NCBI GenBank assembly: GCA_905212085.1 | Contig: CAJMDF010000001.1 | Location: 16,912 to 80,911, forward strand | Source of the DNA: an uncultured Clostridium sp. | GTDB taxonomy: Bacteria; Cyanobacteriota; Vampirovibrionia; Gastranaerophilales; Gastranaerophilaceae | Direction of reading: 5' to 3' | Length of the DNA stretch: 64,000 nt | Shown: positions 1 through 9,409 of the stretch, one piece after another | Position numbering within the stretch: the first letter of the stretch is position 1 | How the letters are laid out: every line of letters starts with the position of its first letter | Translations under genes and position numbers: made by a program | The notes under the pieces: model-generated | Database searches by the model: none | Seen by the model: only the letters and a program-made list of their open reading frames with translations | Told to the model about the DNA's origin: nothing

Positions 1-68
1 ATTTAATCGGCATATTATTTAGTAAAATTTAATTTATTATTGAAATTTTTACATTTATTAATATTTAT

Positions 69-1616
69 TTAATAAAATTTGTAAGTTAAATTATCTACTT
101 TTACATTTATTCCACATTTTTTTCTTAGCATAGTCTGTAGTTCATAAATATTGTATCCGGATATAAGTTGTTTATTTGATAGTTCTATTAATTTATTAAA
201 TGTTTCTTGTGGATTATGTTTGAAATATTCAAGTAGTAGACTTTTTGATAAATTTTTTAAACTTAAATTTTTCCCGCTTTCAAAGTGAATAGATTCACTT
301 TGTTGTAATAAGTCATCTAGTGAAATTAAGCCTTCATTTGCGGTTTTTATAATATCATCAAAATATAATTGAGGGTTCTTGGGATCATATTTATCAAGAA
401 TAATATTCATATTATTGTCAAGTCGTCTGTTATTATCAAAGGCACAGGCAAGTGCCCAATTCCCCATTTCATTTCTTCCCCCTTTTGCTGTTGGAGTAAT
501 ATGCTCAATTGTAACAATAGAGGGTTTAAATAGGTTATATCCTATTGTATTCGAGTCGGAGTATTTATGTTTGATTATAAAAGAATTAATATTCGATTGC
601 GATGTCGGAAGTTTTTGTCCGATTTTCATTATATTACTTACAATATTTCTGTCTGGACAATCTTCCAGTGCCATATTTAGATCATAGAGAAATGTTTTAT
701 TTCGAAAAGGAACTTTTACAGGTTTCCCTAGTAACATTTTTTCTGCATTTCTGCATAGATTTGTAATATCATTTGAATCTTGTCTGCCTGCAAGTTTCTT
801 AATTTCTTCAATAATAAAAAGTTTGATACTATTTACAGAATATGGTAGAGAATAGTCATATTTAAATCTTTTATTAAATATTTTGTTAAATGTTGAATTA
901 GAAATTTTTTCAGGTTCATTTGTTTTTAGCTCAGGGTCAGTTAAAATGTTGCATAATTGTGATATTTTTGATTTTTGTTCATTATTTAACATAATTGAAT
1001 CTGTTGCTATTTTTATTTTATAAACAAATTCTTTTGGGCTAAATTTTTCATTTTGAGCTATACCTTCCATTCTATTCTGGTGGAGGGTAAAGGCTTCCAT
1101 AGCTTTTTCTTTATGTTTTGGTGGTAGTTTATTTATTAGGTCTTCCATTTTGGAAAATATTGGTCTTTGTACGCTTTTTAGTTCAATCAATGATTCTTTG
1201 TATATCATTTTTATAATTCTTGATAAATTTGTTTGAGGAGCTTTTAGGCCTATGTTTTCAATATCATTAAAAGCTGCCAATTGCCCAGGTTTTAAAACTT
1301 CTCTGTATTTAGACATTTCTTTTAAGAAGTTTATTACAGGTCCGTTGAATAGACCAGACCTTTGATAATTTATTAGAGTGTCTGAGGTAATCATTGGTTT
1401 GTTGCAATATATACAATGAATGTTATGCGTTTTTATTAAGTTTCTGAATTCTGACTGTTTTGTTATGAAACCATTAAAACTTGGGGACTTTTTTATAAAT
1501 ATATCTTCATTAGAAGAATTTCTTACAGGTACCCTGTAAGAAGAATAATCAGTATGATTATTCTTATAATCTATTCTATGCTTTAGAAAATTATTAGAAA
1601 AAAGTATTACCTTCAT
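69..1616 (-). CDS. HNH-motif nuclease-like protein, paralog A (515 aa). N-terminal CxxC and C-terminal EHIxP...NN..N..LAC...NNRR
   Basis: Long ORF. The C-terminal EH-x2-P / NxxN / C..C pattern is typical of HNH endonucleases. Clear paralogy to the adjacent ORF. Confidence 0.4.
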   Translation of the reverse strand: MKVILFSNNFLKHRIDYKNNHTDYSSYRVPVRNSSNEDIFIKKSPSFNGFITKQSEFRNLIKTHNIHCIYCNKPMITSDTLINYQRSGLFNGPVINFLKEMSKYREVLKPGQLAAFNDIENIGLKAPQTNLSRIIKMIYKESLIELKSVQRPIFSKMEDLINKLPPKHKEKAMEAFTLHQNRMEGIAQNEKFSPKEFVYKIKIATDSIMLNNEQKSKISQLCNILTDPELKTNEPEKISNSTFNKIFNKRFKYDYSLPYSVNSIKLFIIEEIKKLAGRQDSNDITNLCRNAEKMLLGKPVKVPFRNKTFLYDLNMALEDCPDRNIVSNIMKIGQKLPTSQSNINSFIIKHKYSDSNTIGYNLFKPSIVTIEHITPTAKGGRNEMGNWALACAFDNNRRLDNNMNIILDKYDPKNPQLYFDDIIKTANEGLISLDDLLQQSESIHFESGKNLSLKNLSKSLLLEYFKHNPQETFNKLIELSNKQLISGYNIYELQTMLRKKCGINVKVDNLTYKFY

Positions 1617-1672
1617 ACTTTAGTAATACTACTGATAATTAAATTTTGTTAGTTTTTTAATATTTTGTTACG

Positions 1673-2638
1673 TTACTCGTCAAGATTTTTTATATTTAAA
1701 TCTATTATTTCGTCGGATAAGCATTTTAAGACTGTTTTTAGATTTTTTACATATTCCTTTTTGCACAAATCTTTTTTGCAAAGAGAAATTAATTTATCTG
1801 CTTGTAGTTGTGCATTTTGCGGCATATAAGGATTTTCTTCTATTTGTACGGATATTGGATAATGGTGTCGAGAATTGTTACAATAAGAACATTCTAATGC
1901 AAAGTTTAGAGAATTATTCATCCCTTTCATGCATTTTGGTAATAAATGTTCAAATGTCCCAACTGATGGATGTACAAGATTAAGAGCAATTACAGAAGCA
2001 GGTTTTCTTGCATTTTTTACGACAAAAGCGCATACTTCATCACTTGATCTTGGTAGACGTCTTGCTATTTCAAGAATTTCATTTTTTATTTTTTTATTTT
2101 CTAAGTTTCTCGTGATATTTTTTATTTTATGTATAAAAATGCGTCTAGAAAATGGCTTATGCGGTTCAGGATCAAAAATTATGTCATTTGTTTTAATCAT
2201 TAATTTTCGGAGTTGTCTGGCTGTTTTTTTAGGTAAAATTCTCCGATAAAAGCTGATTTTATTAAAAATTACGCTCTGAATTTTTACAAGAGCTAATTCA
2301 TGTACATCTTTTTTCATCATTAAAAGCTCTTTAAAATTTTTGTCGGGGTATTTTACAGCCATAGTTTTGAACATATTGAATACTTGTTTTTCAACAGGAT
2401 GCATAATTTTTTCATATGGCTCTAAAATTGGAATAGCTTCTATTGCAATCCCAGATAGTTTCTTGTCTTCCATTAATTTCATATATTCATCTGGGTGCAG
2501 CATTTCCATTCCGCAGCACAGGCATGGAATATGAAAATTGAGCAAATTCTTTAATTCTTTTCTTGTCAGAGGAATTTCTGGAATTTTACATTTAAATGAA
2601 ATATTTTCAGTTTTAACTATTTTCTTCTCCATACGCAA
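1673..2638 (-). CDS. HNH-motif nuclease-like protein, paralog B (321 aa)
   Basis: CLCCG zinc-ribbon-like N-terminus. C-terminal EHLLPK...NNSLNFALECSYCNNSR HNH-like motif. Shares blocks with the 515-aa neighbour. Confidence 0.4.
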   Translation of the reverse strand: MRMEKKIVKTENISFKCKIPEIPLTRKELKNLLNFHIPCLCCGMEMLHPDEYMKLMEDKKLSGIAIEAIPILEPYEKIMHPVEKQVFNMFKTMAVKYPDKNFKELLMMKKDVHELALVKIQSVIFNKISFYRRILPKKTARQLRKLMIKTNDIIFDPEPHKPFSRRIFIHKIKNITRNLENKKIKNEILEIARRLPRSSDEVCAFVVKNARKPASVIALNLVHPSVGTFEHLLPKCMKGMNNSLNFALECSYCNNSRHHYPISVQIEENPYMPQNAQLQADKLISLCKKDLCKKEYVKNLKTVLKCLSDEIIDLNIKNLDE

Positions 2639-2723
2639 CCATCAGGATTAATGTTCAATGTTATTATTCCCGTTTTTATAATTTTTAAAGCACAGAAAAT
2701 AGTTATATTTTTTATATTTTAAT

Positions 2724-3332
2724 TTATGCACCCATTGGAGGCGGTTGAATATAAAGAGGTTTAAGTTTTCTCCAGTTGCCCTCATCTTTTTTATTTTCTG
2801 CTAAGTCTGCTAAAATTTCACCAAGAGGGTATTCTTTTTCTTGATAAGATATACCACCTAATAATGGTTGTAATTTATTATCGGTAATTACTGTGTAACT
2901 CCCTGTTTTTATAATTTCTTGAACTTTGTCTAATTGTACAGCACCTTTAATTTCGTTATCACAATATAGGTATGCACAATTTTTTCTTGCATCTAAGGCT
3001 ACAAGAGGATTATTTTCTGCAAGTTTTGATAGAATTTCAAGAGATGAAACCCCTATTGCTTTGCAGTTTAATTGTTGAGCCATTACTCTTGCTACTGTAA
3101 CGCAGGCTCTAATACCTGTGAAACTTCCTGGTCCTATATTTACGGCAATTAGATTTACATCTTGAGGTTTTATATTATTAGCAGATAAAATTTCTTGCAA
3201 GGTAGAAATTAAAAATGCTGAATGATATTTATTATCTTTATTTTCTACAATTTTTGATGCAAGAATTGTAGAATCTCTTTTTAATACCGCATACATTTTG
3301 TCTAAACATGTATCAAATGCTAATGTAATCAT
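2724..3332 (-). CDS. tsaB: tRNA t6A modification protein TsaB (YeaZ-like)
   Basis: About 200 aa. MITLAFDTC...GPGSFTGIR motif is typical of YeaZ/TsaB. Adjacent to tsaE. Confidence 0.7.
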   Translation of the reverse strand: MITLAFDTCLDKMYAVLKRDSTILASKIVENKDNKYHSAFLISTLQEILSANNIKPQDVNLIAVNIGPGSFTGIRACVTVARVMAQQLNCKAIGVSSLEILSKLAENNPLVALDARKNCAYLYCDNEIKGAVQLDKVQEIIKTGSYTVITDNKLQPLLGGISYQEKEYPLGEILADLAENKKDEGNWRKLKPLYIQPPPMGA

Positions 3333-3790
3333 TTTGATAATCCCTCTATTATTTCATCTTTGCCTACTGATTCAAACTCATAAGTTCTAGAATCATCATC
3401 ATTATATTTTACGTTAATTTTAATATGATTAAAAGGAGCTTCATTTTGGTTAAATTCAGCCCATTCAACGAAAGTGACCTGTTTGCCTTCAGAATATTCT
3501 CTTAATTCATCATAAATAGTTTTAATCCCTTCATTTTCAAGTCTGTATAAATCAAAATGATAAATCGGAATTGAGCCTGTATGATATTCATTAAGGATTA
3601 CAAAACTTGGGCTTGTGACTTTTTCTTTTACATCAAGAGCATCTGCAACGAGTTTTACAAATGCGGTTTTGCCTGCACCGATTTCCCCGTATAGATTTAT
3701 AAAACACCCGTTTTTAATGAGGGATGCAAATTTATATGCTAATTTTTTTGTGTCATCTAAGTTATGACAAATTTGTTGGAATTTCTTCAT
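3329..3790 (-). CDS. tsaE: tRNA t6A ATPase TsaE (YjeE). Start is probably the internal Met, since the called ORF is extended upstream into the GGDEF gene
   Basis: P-loop YGEIGAGKT. Size about 150 aa from Met28. 4-nt overlap with tsaB. Confidence 0.7.
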   Translation of the reverse strand: MKKFQQICHNLDDTKKLAYKFASLIKNGCFINLYGEIGAGKTAFVKLVADALDVKEKVTSPSFVILNEYHTGSIPIYHFDLYRLENEGIKTIYDELREYSEGKQVTFVEWAEFNQNEAPFNHIKINVKYNDDDSRTYEFESVGKDEIIEGLSK

Positions 3791-5111
3791 AAACCTCTGT
3801 CCTGTTCCTTCCGTTATTTTTCGCATTATATAAGGCTTTGTCAGCTTTTTGTAAAAATATTTTTTCGTCATCGCCTGATTTGTATTCAGAGACTCCTAGA
3901 CTTATTGTAACATTAATATTTTTTTCGTCAGAATCTGTATTAATTTTTGAGATGTCAATTTGAGTTTTTTCAACAGCTTTTCTAAGTCTTTGAGCTACCA
4001 TGTTAGCTTCATCAATTTTTGTATAAGGCAGAATGATAGCGAATTCTTCTCCGCCATATCTTCCTGCAATATCATAATCTCTTAGTTGTCGTTTTATAAC
4101 TGCAGATACTGTTTTTAAAACCAAATCACCTGTTGCATGACCATATGTGTCATTAACATTTTTAAAGTAATCTATGTCAATCATAATGGCACAAAGATTT
4201 CTTTTTTGACGTTTTGCACTTGATACTTCTTGTTTAATACGTTCTTCTAGTTGTCTGCGGTTATAAAAACTTGTTAGAGCATCTAATGTCGCGTGTTTTA
4301 GAATTTCTGCATAAACATTAGCTCTGTTAATAGTCGTTGCAGCCTGATTTGTAAGCTGTTCAATATAGCTGATTTCTTTTTCGCTTAGAATGTTTTCTGT
4401 ACTTTTAGTTACAATACAGCCTAAGAGTTGATTTTCACTAATTAGCGGGAATAAACCTATTTTTTTGTCAGGTGTGAGTATGTATTCAGAGCTGTTGTTT
4501 ATGCATTTTAACAGCTCAAATATCTTTTCATCTTTGCAGGCAGAAGGCCATACAAGTTTGTTATTTATAAAAATATAGATTAAATGTTCACATACAAACT
4601 TATCAATCATTTCTCCGATGATTGGGATTATATAACTTGTTTCATATTGAGTTTCAATAATTTTTGCAATATTTTTCATTGCATCGTGAAAATCAATATT
4701 TTTTTGCATTTTATCAGATAGAATTATATTTTGAATTTTTAGAGAAATTAAAAAAGATGCAATTTTTAAAAATTCAATAGTATCATTATCCGGAATTTCT
4801 TTGAATTCAAGCATTCCAATAAGTTTTTGGCCTTGGTAAAGCCCGTAAAAAAGTTCATTATTTTCTTTTATGAAATTATTTTCCTTCAATTCTCCAAAAA
4901 TTTTATATAAATTTTTGGTATTTTCTTTTTTATAAAATTCATCAATAGAAATCCAGCTTTTAGAAAAATCCCTGAGAGTATCTGATGTTGAATCGAATAT
5001 GAAAATATTTACAGAACCGAATATATCCTCAAGAACACGTGTAATACCTATAGCATTACACGTGTCATTAAGTTTTATTGATAAGTTTTCTATATATTTA
5101 AAATTCTGCAT
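3762..5111 (-). CDS. Diguanylate cyclase (GGDEF) with an N-terminal sensor (GAF-like) region
   Basis: RYGGEEF active-site motif, DYFKNVND, and a C-terminal GGDEF fold. Start codon overlaps the yebC stop (TAATG). Confidence 0.8.
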   Translation of the reverse strand: MQNFKYIENLSIKLNDTCNAIGITRVLEDIFGSVNIFIFDSTSDTLRDFSKSWISIDEFYKKENTKNLYKIFGELKENNFIKENNELFYGLYQGQKLIGMLEFKEIPDNDTIEFLKIASFLISLKIQNIILSDKMQKNIDFHDAMKNIAKIIETQYETSYIIPIIGEMIDKFVCEHLIYIFINNKLVWPSACKDEKIFELLKCINNSSEYILTPDKKIGLFPLISENQLLGCIVTKSTENILSEKEISYIEQLTNQAATTINRANVYAEILKHATLDALTSFYNRRQLEERIKQEVSSAKRQKRNLCAIMIDIDYFKNVNDTYGHATGDLVLKTVSAVIKRQLRDYDIAGRYGGEEFAIILPYTKIDEANMVAQRLRKAVEKTQIDISKINTDSDEKNINVTISLGVSEYKSGDDEKIFLQKADKALYNAKNNGRNRTEVYEEIPTNLS

Positions 5112-5860
5112 TAAGCTTCCAGTTTTTGTAAAATCTCATCTGAAATATCAAAGTTAGCATAAACATTTTGAACATCATCATGTTCTTCTAATTTTTCTAA
5201 TAATTTCAATATTTGATCAGCAGTTTTTTCATCTGTGATTTCAATTGTATTTTGAGGAATTCTTGTAAGATCAGCAGATTCACTTTTAAATCCTGCAGCT
5301 TCAAGACCTTCTACAACGTTTTGGAAGTTTTCAGGAGATGTGATAACTTTATATTGTCCGTCTTCTTCTGTCACATCTAAAGCATCTAAACTGATTGCAG
5401 CTTCAAATAATTTATCAAAATCAACGTCATCACTGAATGTGATTACCCCTCGTTGATCGAACATCCAGCCTACACAGCCTGTAGCACCTAAACTACCATT
5501 ATATTTTGTGAAGAAACTTCTGATATCTCCGGCTGTTCTATTTCTGTTATCTGTCATTGCTTCTACTACAACAGCAACGCCGCCTGGAGCGTATCCTTCA
5601 TAAATTAATTCTTCATAATTATCTGAAGCTCCGGCTCCAGCTCCTTTTTCAATAGCTCTTTTAATATTATCATTTGGTAATCCTGCTGCTTTTGCTTTTT
5701 CTATAGCTGTTCTTAATCTGAAATTCCCTGCAGGGTCAGGACCGCCAAGTCTTGCTGATACGATTAATTCTCTTGAATATTTTTGGAATACAACAGCTCT
5801 TTGAGAATCTACTTTTGCTTTTTTGTGTTTAATGGTTGACCATTTTGAGTGTCCTGACAT
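5111..5860 (-). CDS. yebC: YebC/PmpR family transcriptional regulatory protein
   Basis: MSGHSKWSTIKHKKAKVD N-terminus is diagnostic. 249 aa. Confidence 0.9.
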   Translation of the reverse strand: MSGHSKWSTIKHKKAKVDSQRAVVFQKYSRELIVSARLGGPDPAGNFRLRTAIEKAKAAGLPNDNIKRAIEKGAGAGASDNYEELIYEGYAPGGVAVVVEAMTDNRNRTAGDIRSFFTKYNGSLGATGCVGWMFDQRGVITFSDDVDFDKLFEAAISLDALDVTEEDGQYKVITSPENFQNVVEGLEAAGFKSESADLTRIPQNTIEITDEKTADQILKLLEKLEEHDDVQNVYANFDISDEILQKLEA

Positions 5861-5969
5861 ATTTATTACCTCTTTTCAAATTAATTATTACTTTCTGATA
5901 TTATTTTAGCACAAAAACTATAGAATAAAGATATGGTAAAGAAATTTGTCAGTAAGGTACGAGAAATTT

Positions 5970-6587
5970 TTAATTTAATGTTTTGCCATGCAAATCTGTT
6001 CCGCCTGTTTTTATTAGATCATATTTATTAGCAATTCTTTCGACTTCTTTTGCTGTATGAAATTTTATAATCCCTCTGTGGCGTTTATATGGATAATACA
6101 CTTCAAGCCCGTCAAGACCGTATGAAATAAGCTTTTTTACGAATTTTTCAAGATTTATAGCCCAACAACAAGCAGGGTGAGCTAATACTGCAATTCCTCC
6201 TGCATTATGGATTGCTTGTATTAGTTTTTTTATATTTCTGGTTGAAAAAATTCTTATAATATCTAATTCTGTTTCTTTTTTGTTTTTTGCACAGAATGAT
6301 TGGAGTTCTATGTTATTTACATCAATATCATATGCTAATAGATGCATAAATACATAACCGCACCAAACATCAAATTCAATACCTGGAATTATTATATTTT
6401 CTTTAAGAATATCTGTTTTTTTATAGGCTTCAAGTGTGTTATGATCGCAAAAAGCAATTTTTTTATATCCGAGTTCTTTTGCTTGTCTAAGTATTTCATT
6501 TACATCTCCTTCGCCGTCTGAAAATGTTGAATGGAGATGTAGATTAACTTTTTTATTTATAAAATCTTCTTTTGTAAAATTTTCCAT
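5970..6587 (-). CDS. PHP-family metal-dependent phosphoesterase (start probably at MENFTKED)
   Basis: HLHSTFSDGEG motif is typical of PHP domain proteins. Confidence 0.6.
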   Translation of the reverse strand: MENFTKEDFINKKVNLHLHSTFSDGEGDVNEILRQAKELGYKKIAFCDHNTLEAYKKTDILKENIIIPGIEFDVWCGYVFMHLLAYDIDVNNIELQSFCAKNKKETELDIIRIFSTRNIKKLIQAIHNAGGIAVLAHPACCWAINLEKFVKKLISYGLDGLEVYYPYKRHRGIIKFHTAKEVERIANKYDLIKTGGTDLHGKTLN

Positions 6588-6638
6588 ATTTGTACTAAAA
6601 TTATTATACAATAAATGAAAAATTTTAACAGGAGAGAT

Positions 6639-7640
6639 ATGGCAAAAGAAGATAAAAGTGTTTGGTTAATATTTTTTGAAGGTATAAAAATTTATGCGTT
6701 AAATATTCATAAATTTTTCTTGTATATGGCATTTCCTGTTTTAGGTCAATTGTTAGGTCTTTTTATGATATTCGGCTTAACTTATTGGTATACAGAAAAC
6801 TTTCAGGACTTGACAGTTAAATATCCGGCTTTGAATGATTTTTCTACAATGCTTTTATGTATAATTCTTTCTGTAGTTCCCGGTTTGTTAATTTGGGCAA
6901 GAGCGTTTTGGGATTATTTAGTTTCTTATGGCGCATTGAATTCTATGACTGATGGGTACTTAAATACAGGCAGAGTTTATGATTTTAAGGCTCATAATTC
7001 GGTTGTTACTAAAAAGACTTTTTCATTTATTGCTTTGTGGTTTTTATTTAGTATATTTACAATAATTTCGGTAATTCCTGTATTTTGGATTATAGGTTTT
7101 GTATTTTTTATTTACTTTATACTTATATTCCAGGTATTTGCATTTGAAAACGGATTATCACCTATAGGTTATTTTAGAAGAAGTTTACAGTTAGTAAAAG
7201 GAAAATTCTCAAGAACATTTTTATTAATGACTTTATTGACAGTTTTTACTTATTATTTCTTGACTGCAGGTTTAGGTGTCGTATTTGATGCTCTTAATTT
7301 TACAAAACCTATTGCAAAAATGTTTGAGGCTTGGTCTTATTCATTGCCGTTGGAATACATTGAAAAATTTAATATTACTCCTGCTTTGATTGGGAATGAA
7401 CTTGTAAAACAGATTATATTTTTCTTGGTAATAGGCTTTACTCTTCCTATAAGAAGTATTTGTTGGACTTTATGGTATAACAATTTAGCGAAAGATAGTG
7501 ATATATCTATGGAAAAGCCTCAGCGTAAGCCAAGAAAAAATAATTCTAAAAAAATTGTTGCGAAAACTTTCAAGATTGAAAAAAGAGGTATTGATCCAGA
7601 AATAATCAGACGTGCAAGATTGGAAGATGATGAGTACTAA
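6639..7640 (+). CDS. Polytopic membrane protein of unknown function (start at MAKEDK preceded by GGAGAG)
   Basis: Multiple hydrophobic helices. RBS before the internal ATG. Confidence 0.4.
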   Translation: MAKEDKSVWLIFFEGIKIYALNIHKFFLYMAFPVLGQLLGLFMIFGLTYWYTENFQDLTVKYPALNDFSTMLLCIILSVVPGLLIWARAFWDYLVSYGALNSMTDGYLNTGRVYDFKAHNSVVTKKTFSFIALWFLFSIFTIISVIPVFWIIGFVFFIYFILIFQVFAFENGLSPIGYFRRSLQLVKGKFSRTFLLMTLLTVFTYYFLTAGLGVVFDALNFTKPIAKMFEAWSYSLPLEYIEKFNITPALIGNELVKQIIFFLVIGFTLPIRSICWTLWYNNLAKDSDISMEKPQRKPRKNNSKKIVAKTFKIEKRGIDPEIIRRARLEDDEY

Positions 7641-7643
7641 ATT

Positions 7644-7877
7644 ATGTTTATTTGTAAGAATTGCAAATCTATAGATAAGTTTGAATTGATGTTTTCTCCT
7701 GATTACAGGGGAGATAAAGTTTTTTTGCAAGAATACAATAAAGATGGTGATATTGTAATTACAGTTGATGGTTATAAATTTATTCCTGATTTGCAATTTA
7801 TGAATGACCATGCAGTATGTAAATATTGCGGGCAAATTTATATGTGGGATTATGAAGGTAAAAATTATAATTCATAA
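7644..7877 (+). CDS. Small zinc-ribbon-like protein (CxxC...CxxC)
   Basis: 77-aa ORF with CKNCKS and CKYCGQ pairs. Tightly packed between neighbouring genes. Confidence 0.3.
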   Translation: MFICKNCKSIDKFELMFSPDYRGDKVFLQEYNKDGDIVITVDGYKFIPDLQFMNDHAVCKYCGQIYMWDYEGKNYNS

Positions 7878-7889
7878 GAAAGGACAAAT

Positions 7890-8594
7890 ATGAAAAGAGA
7901 AGGTAGAGCAAATAACGAAACTAGAGAAATCAAGTTTATAAAGGATTATACAAAGCATGCATTAGGATCTGTTTTGGTACAATTTGGGGATACAAAAGTA
8001 ATAACAACAGCATCTGTGGAAGAAGGAAAACCAAAATGGATGGATAAAGATGAAAAAAGAGGTTGGATAACCGCAGAATATTCACTTTTACCTTCAGCTC
8101 CAAATACAAGATGCCAAAGAGAAAGAACAAAAATTTCAGGCAGAACTCAGGAAATTCAAAGACTTATCGGCAGAAGTCTAAGAGCTTGTGTTGACTTAGA
8201 AAAAATGACCGATTTAACAATAACAATTGATGCAGATGTAATTCAAGCGGATGGTGGTACTCGTACTGCAAGTATTTGTGGCGGTTTTTTGGCATTAAAA
8301 ATTGCAGTTGAGAAATTGTTGGCTAACGGTACGTTAAAAGAAGATCCTATAATTGAGCCGATTGGTGCAATATCTGCAGGTATTGTCGATGGAGAAGTCA
8401 GACTTGATTTAGATTATATCGAAGATTCTCATGCGCAAGTCGACAGTAATGTTGTTTTGACAAAAAGCGGAAAAATTATAGAATTCCAAACTACAGCAGA
8501 AGGTGAACCTTATGAACAAGCGAAAATGATTGAAATTTTTAATGTTGCTCAAGAGGGAATAAAAAAAATAGTTGCGATGTATGATTTAGTTTAG
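7890..8594 (+). CDS. rph: Ribonuclease PH
   Basis: GWITAEYSLLPSAPNTR, TRTASICGG and DADVIQADGGTR motifs. Confidence 0.9.
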   Translation: MKREGRANNETREIKFIKDYTKHALGSVLVQFGDTKVITTASVEEGKPKWMDKDEKRGWITAEYSLLPSAPNTRCQRERTKISGRTQEIQRLIGRSLRACVDLEKMTDLTITIDADVIQADGGTRTASICGGFLALKIAVEKLLANGTLKEDPIIEPIGAISAGIVDGEVRLDLDYIEDSHAQVDSNVVLTKSGKIIEFQTTAEGEPYEQAKMIEIFNVAQEGIKKIVAMYDLV

Positions 8595-8668
8595 TATAAT
8601 ATTTATTATTTCGATAAAAGGTTTTTATTTTATAATTGCTTGACTCCAAGTCAGCAGAAAGGGGAAAA

Positions 8669-8974
8669 ATGAAAAAACTATTAATTGCATCTTTAATCCT
8701 TGTTATGAGCAGTGCAGCATCTGTATATGCAGCAGATTCTCAATCTACTACTTATACAGAGCGTTTTATTCAAAAGCATACTCAAAAAATTGTTGACAAA
8801 GAAAAACAATTGCAAGAACAACAACAAGCTCGCGAAGATGCTCGTTTGAAACAAAAAGAAGAACTTCAAAAGAAATTAGAAGCAGACAGAAAAGCACGTG
8901 AAGATGCTGCAAATGCAAGAAAACAAAAATTTGAACAAAAGAAACAGTTGTTTAACCAATTAATTTCTGAATAA
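8669..8974 (+). CDS. Small secreted K/Q/E-rich coiled-coil protein, paralog 1
   Basis: Signal peptide MKKLLIASLILVMSSAASVYAA followed by a charged repeat region. Confidence 0.5.
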   Translation: MKKLLIASLILVMSSAASVYAADSQSTTYTERFIQKHTQKIVDKEKQLQEQQQAREDARLKQKEELQKKLEADRKAREDAANARKQKFEQKKQLFNQLISE

Positions 8975-8998
8975 GTTTAATTAATAAGGAGAATTATT

Positions 8999-9322
8999 AT
9001 GAAAAAGAAATTAGCTGCTTTATTAGCAATTGCTGTGATTTCTATGTCTTCAGTGTACGCTGCAGAAACTCAAGGTCCTGTATCAAGATGGCTAGATAAT
9101 GTTACAGGAAAAGTATCTCAAAAGGAACAATCAGCTTATCAAAAACAGCAAGAAAAACAACAAAAAATTGCAGCAAAGAAAAAAGCAAGAGAACAAAAAC
9201 TTGCACAAAAAAAAGCTAAAGCTAAACAAAAAGAATTAGAAAGAAAAAAGAAAGCTGCAGAAAGACAAAAAAAGATTGAGAAAAAGAAACAGCAATTTAA
9301 AGATTTATTCTCAAAAGATTAA
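8999..9322 (+). CDS. Small secreted K/Q/E-rich coiled-coil protein, paralog 2
   Basis: Signal peptide MKKKLAALLAIAVISMSSVYAA and a KKKAREQKLAQKKAKAKQKELERKKKAAERQKK region. Tandem duplicate of the upstream gene. Confidence 0.5.
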   Translation: MKKKLAALLAIAVISMSSVYAAETQGPVSRWLDNVTGKVSQKEQSAYQKQQEKQQKIAAKKKAREQKLAQKKAKAKQKELERKKKAAERQKKIEKKKQQFKDLFSKD

Positions 9323-9328
9323 TAATTA

Positions 9329-9358
9329 AAAAGGTACTTTTATAAAAGTACCTTTTTT
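9329..9358 (+). terminator. Rho-independent terminator (aaaggtactttta/taaaagtaccttt hairpin plus T-run)
   Basis: Perfect inverted repeat followed by TTTTTT. Confidence 0.7.
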
Positions 9359-9409
9359 GCATTCATGGATACTCTGTGATACAATGATTATATAATTGGA
9401 GTTATATAT

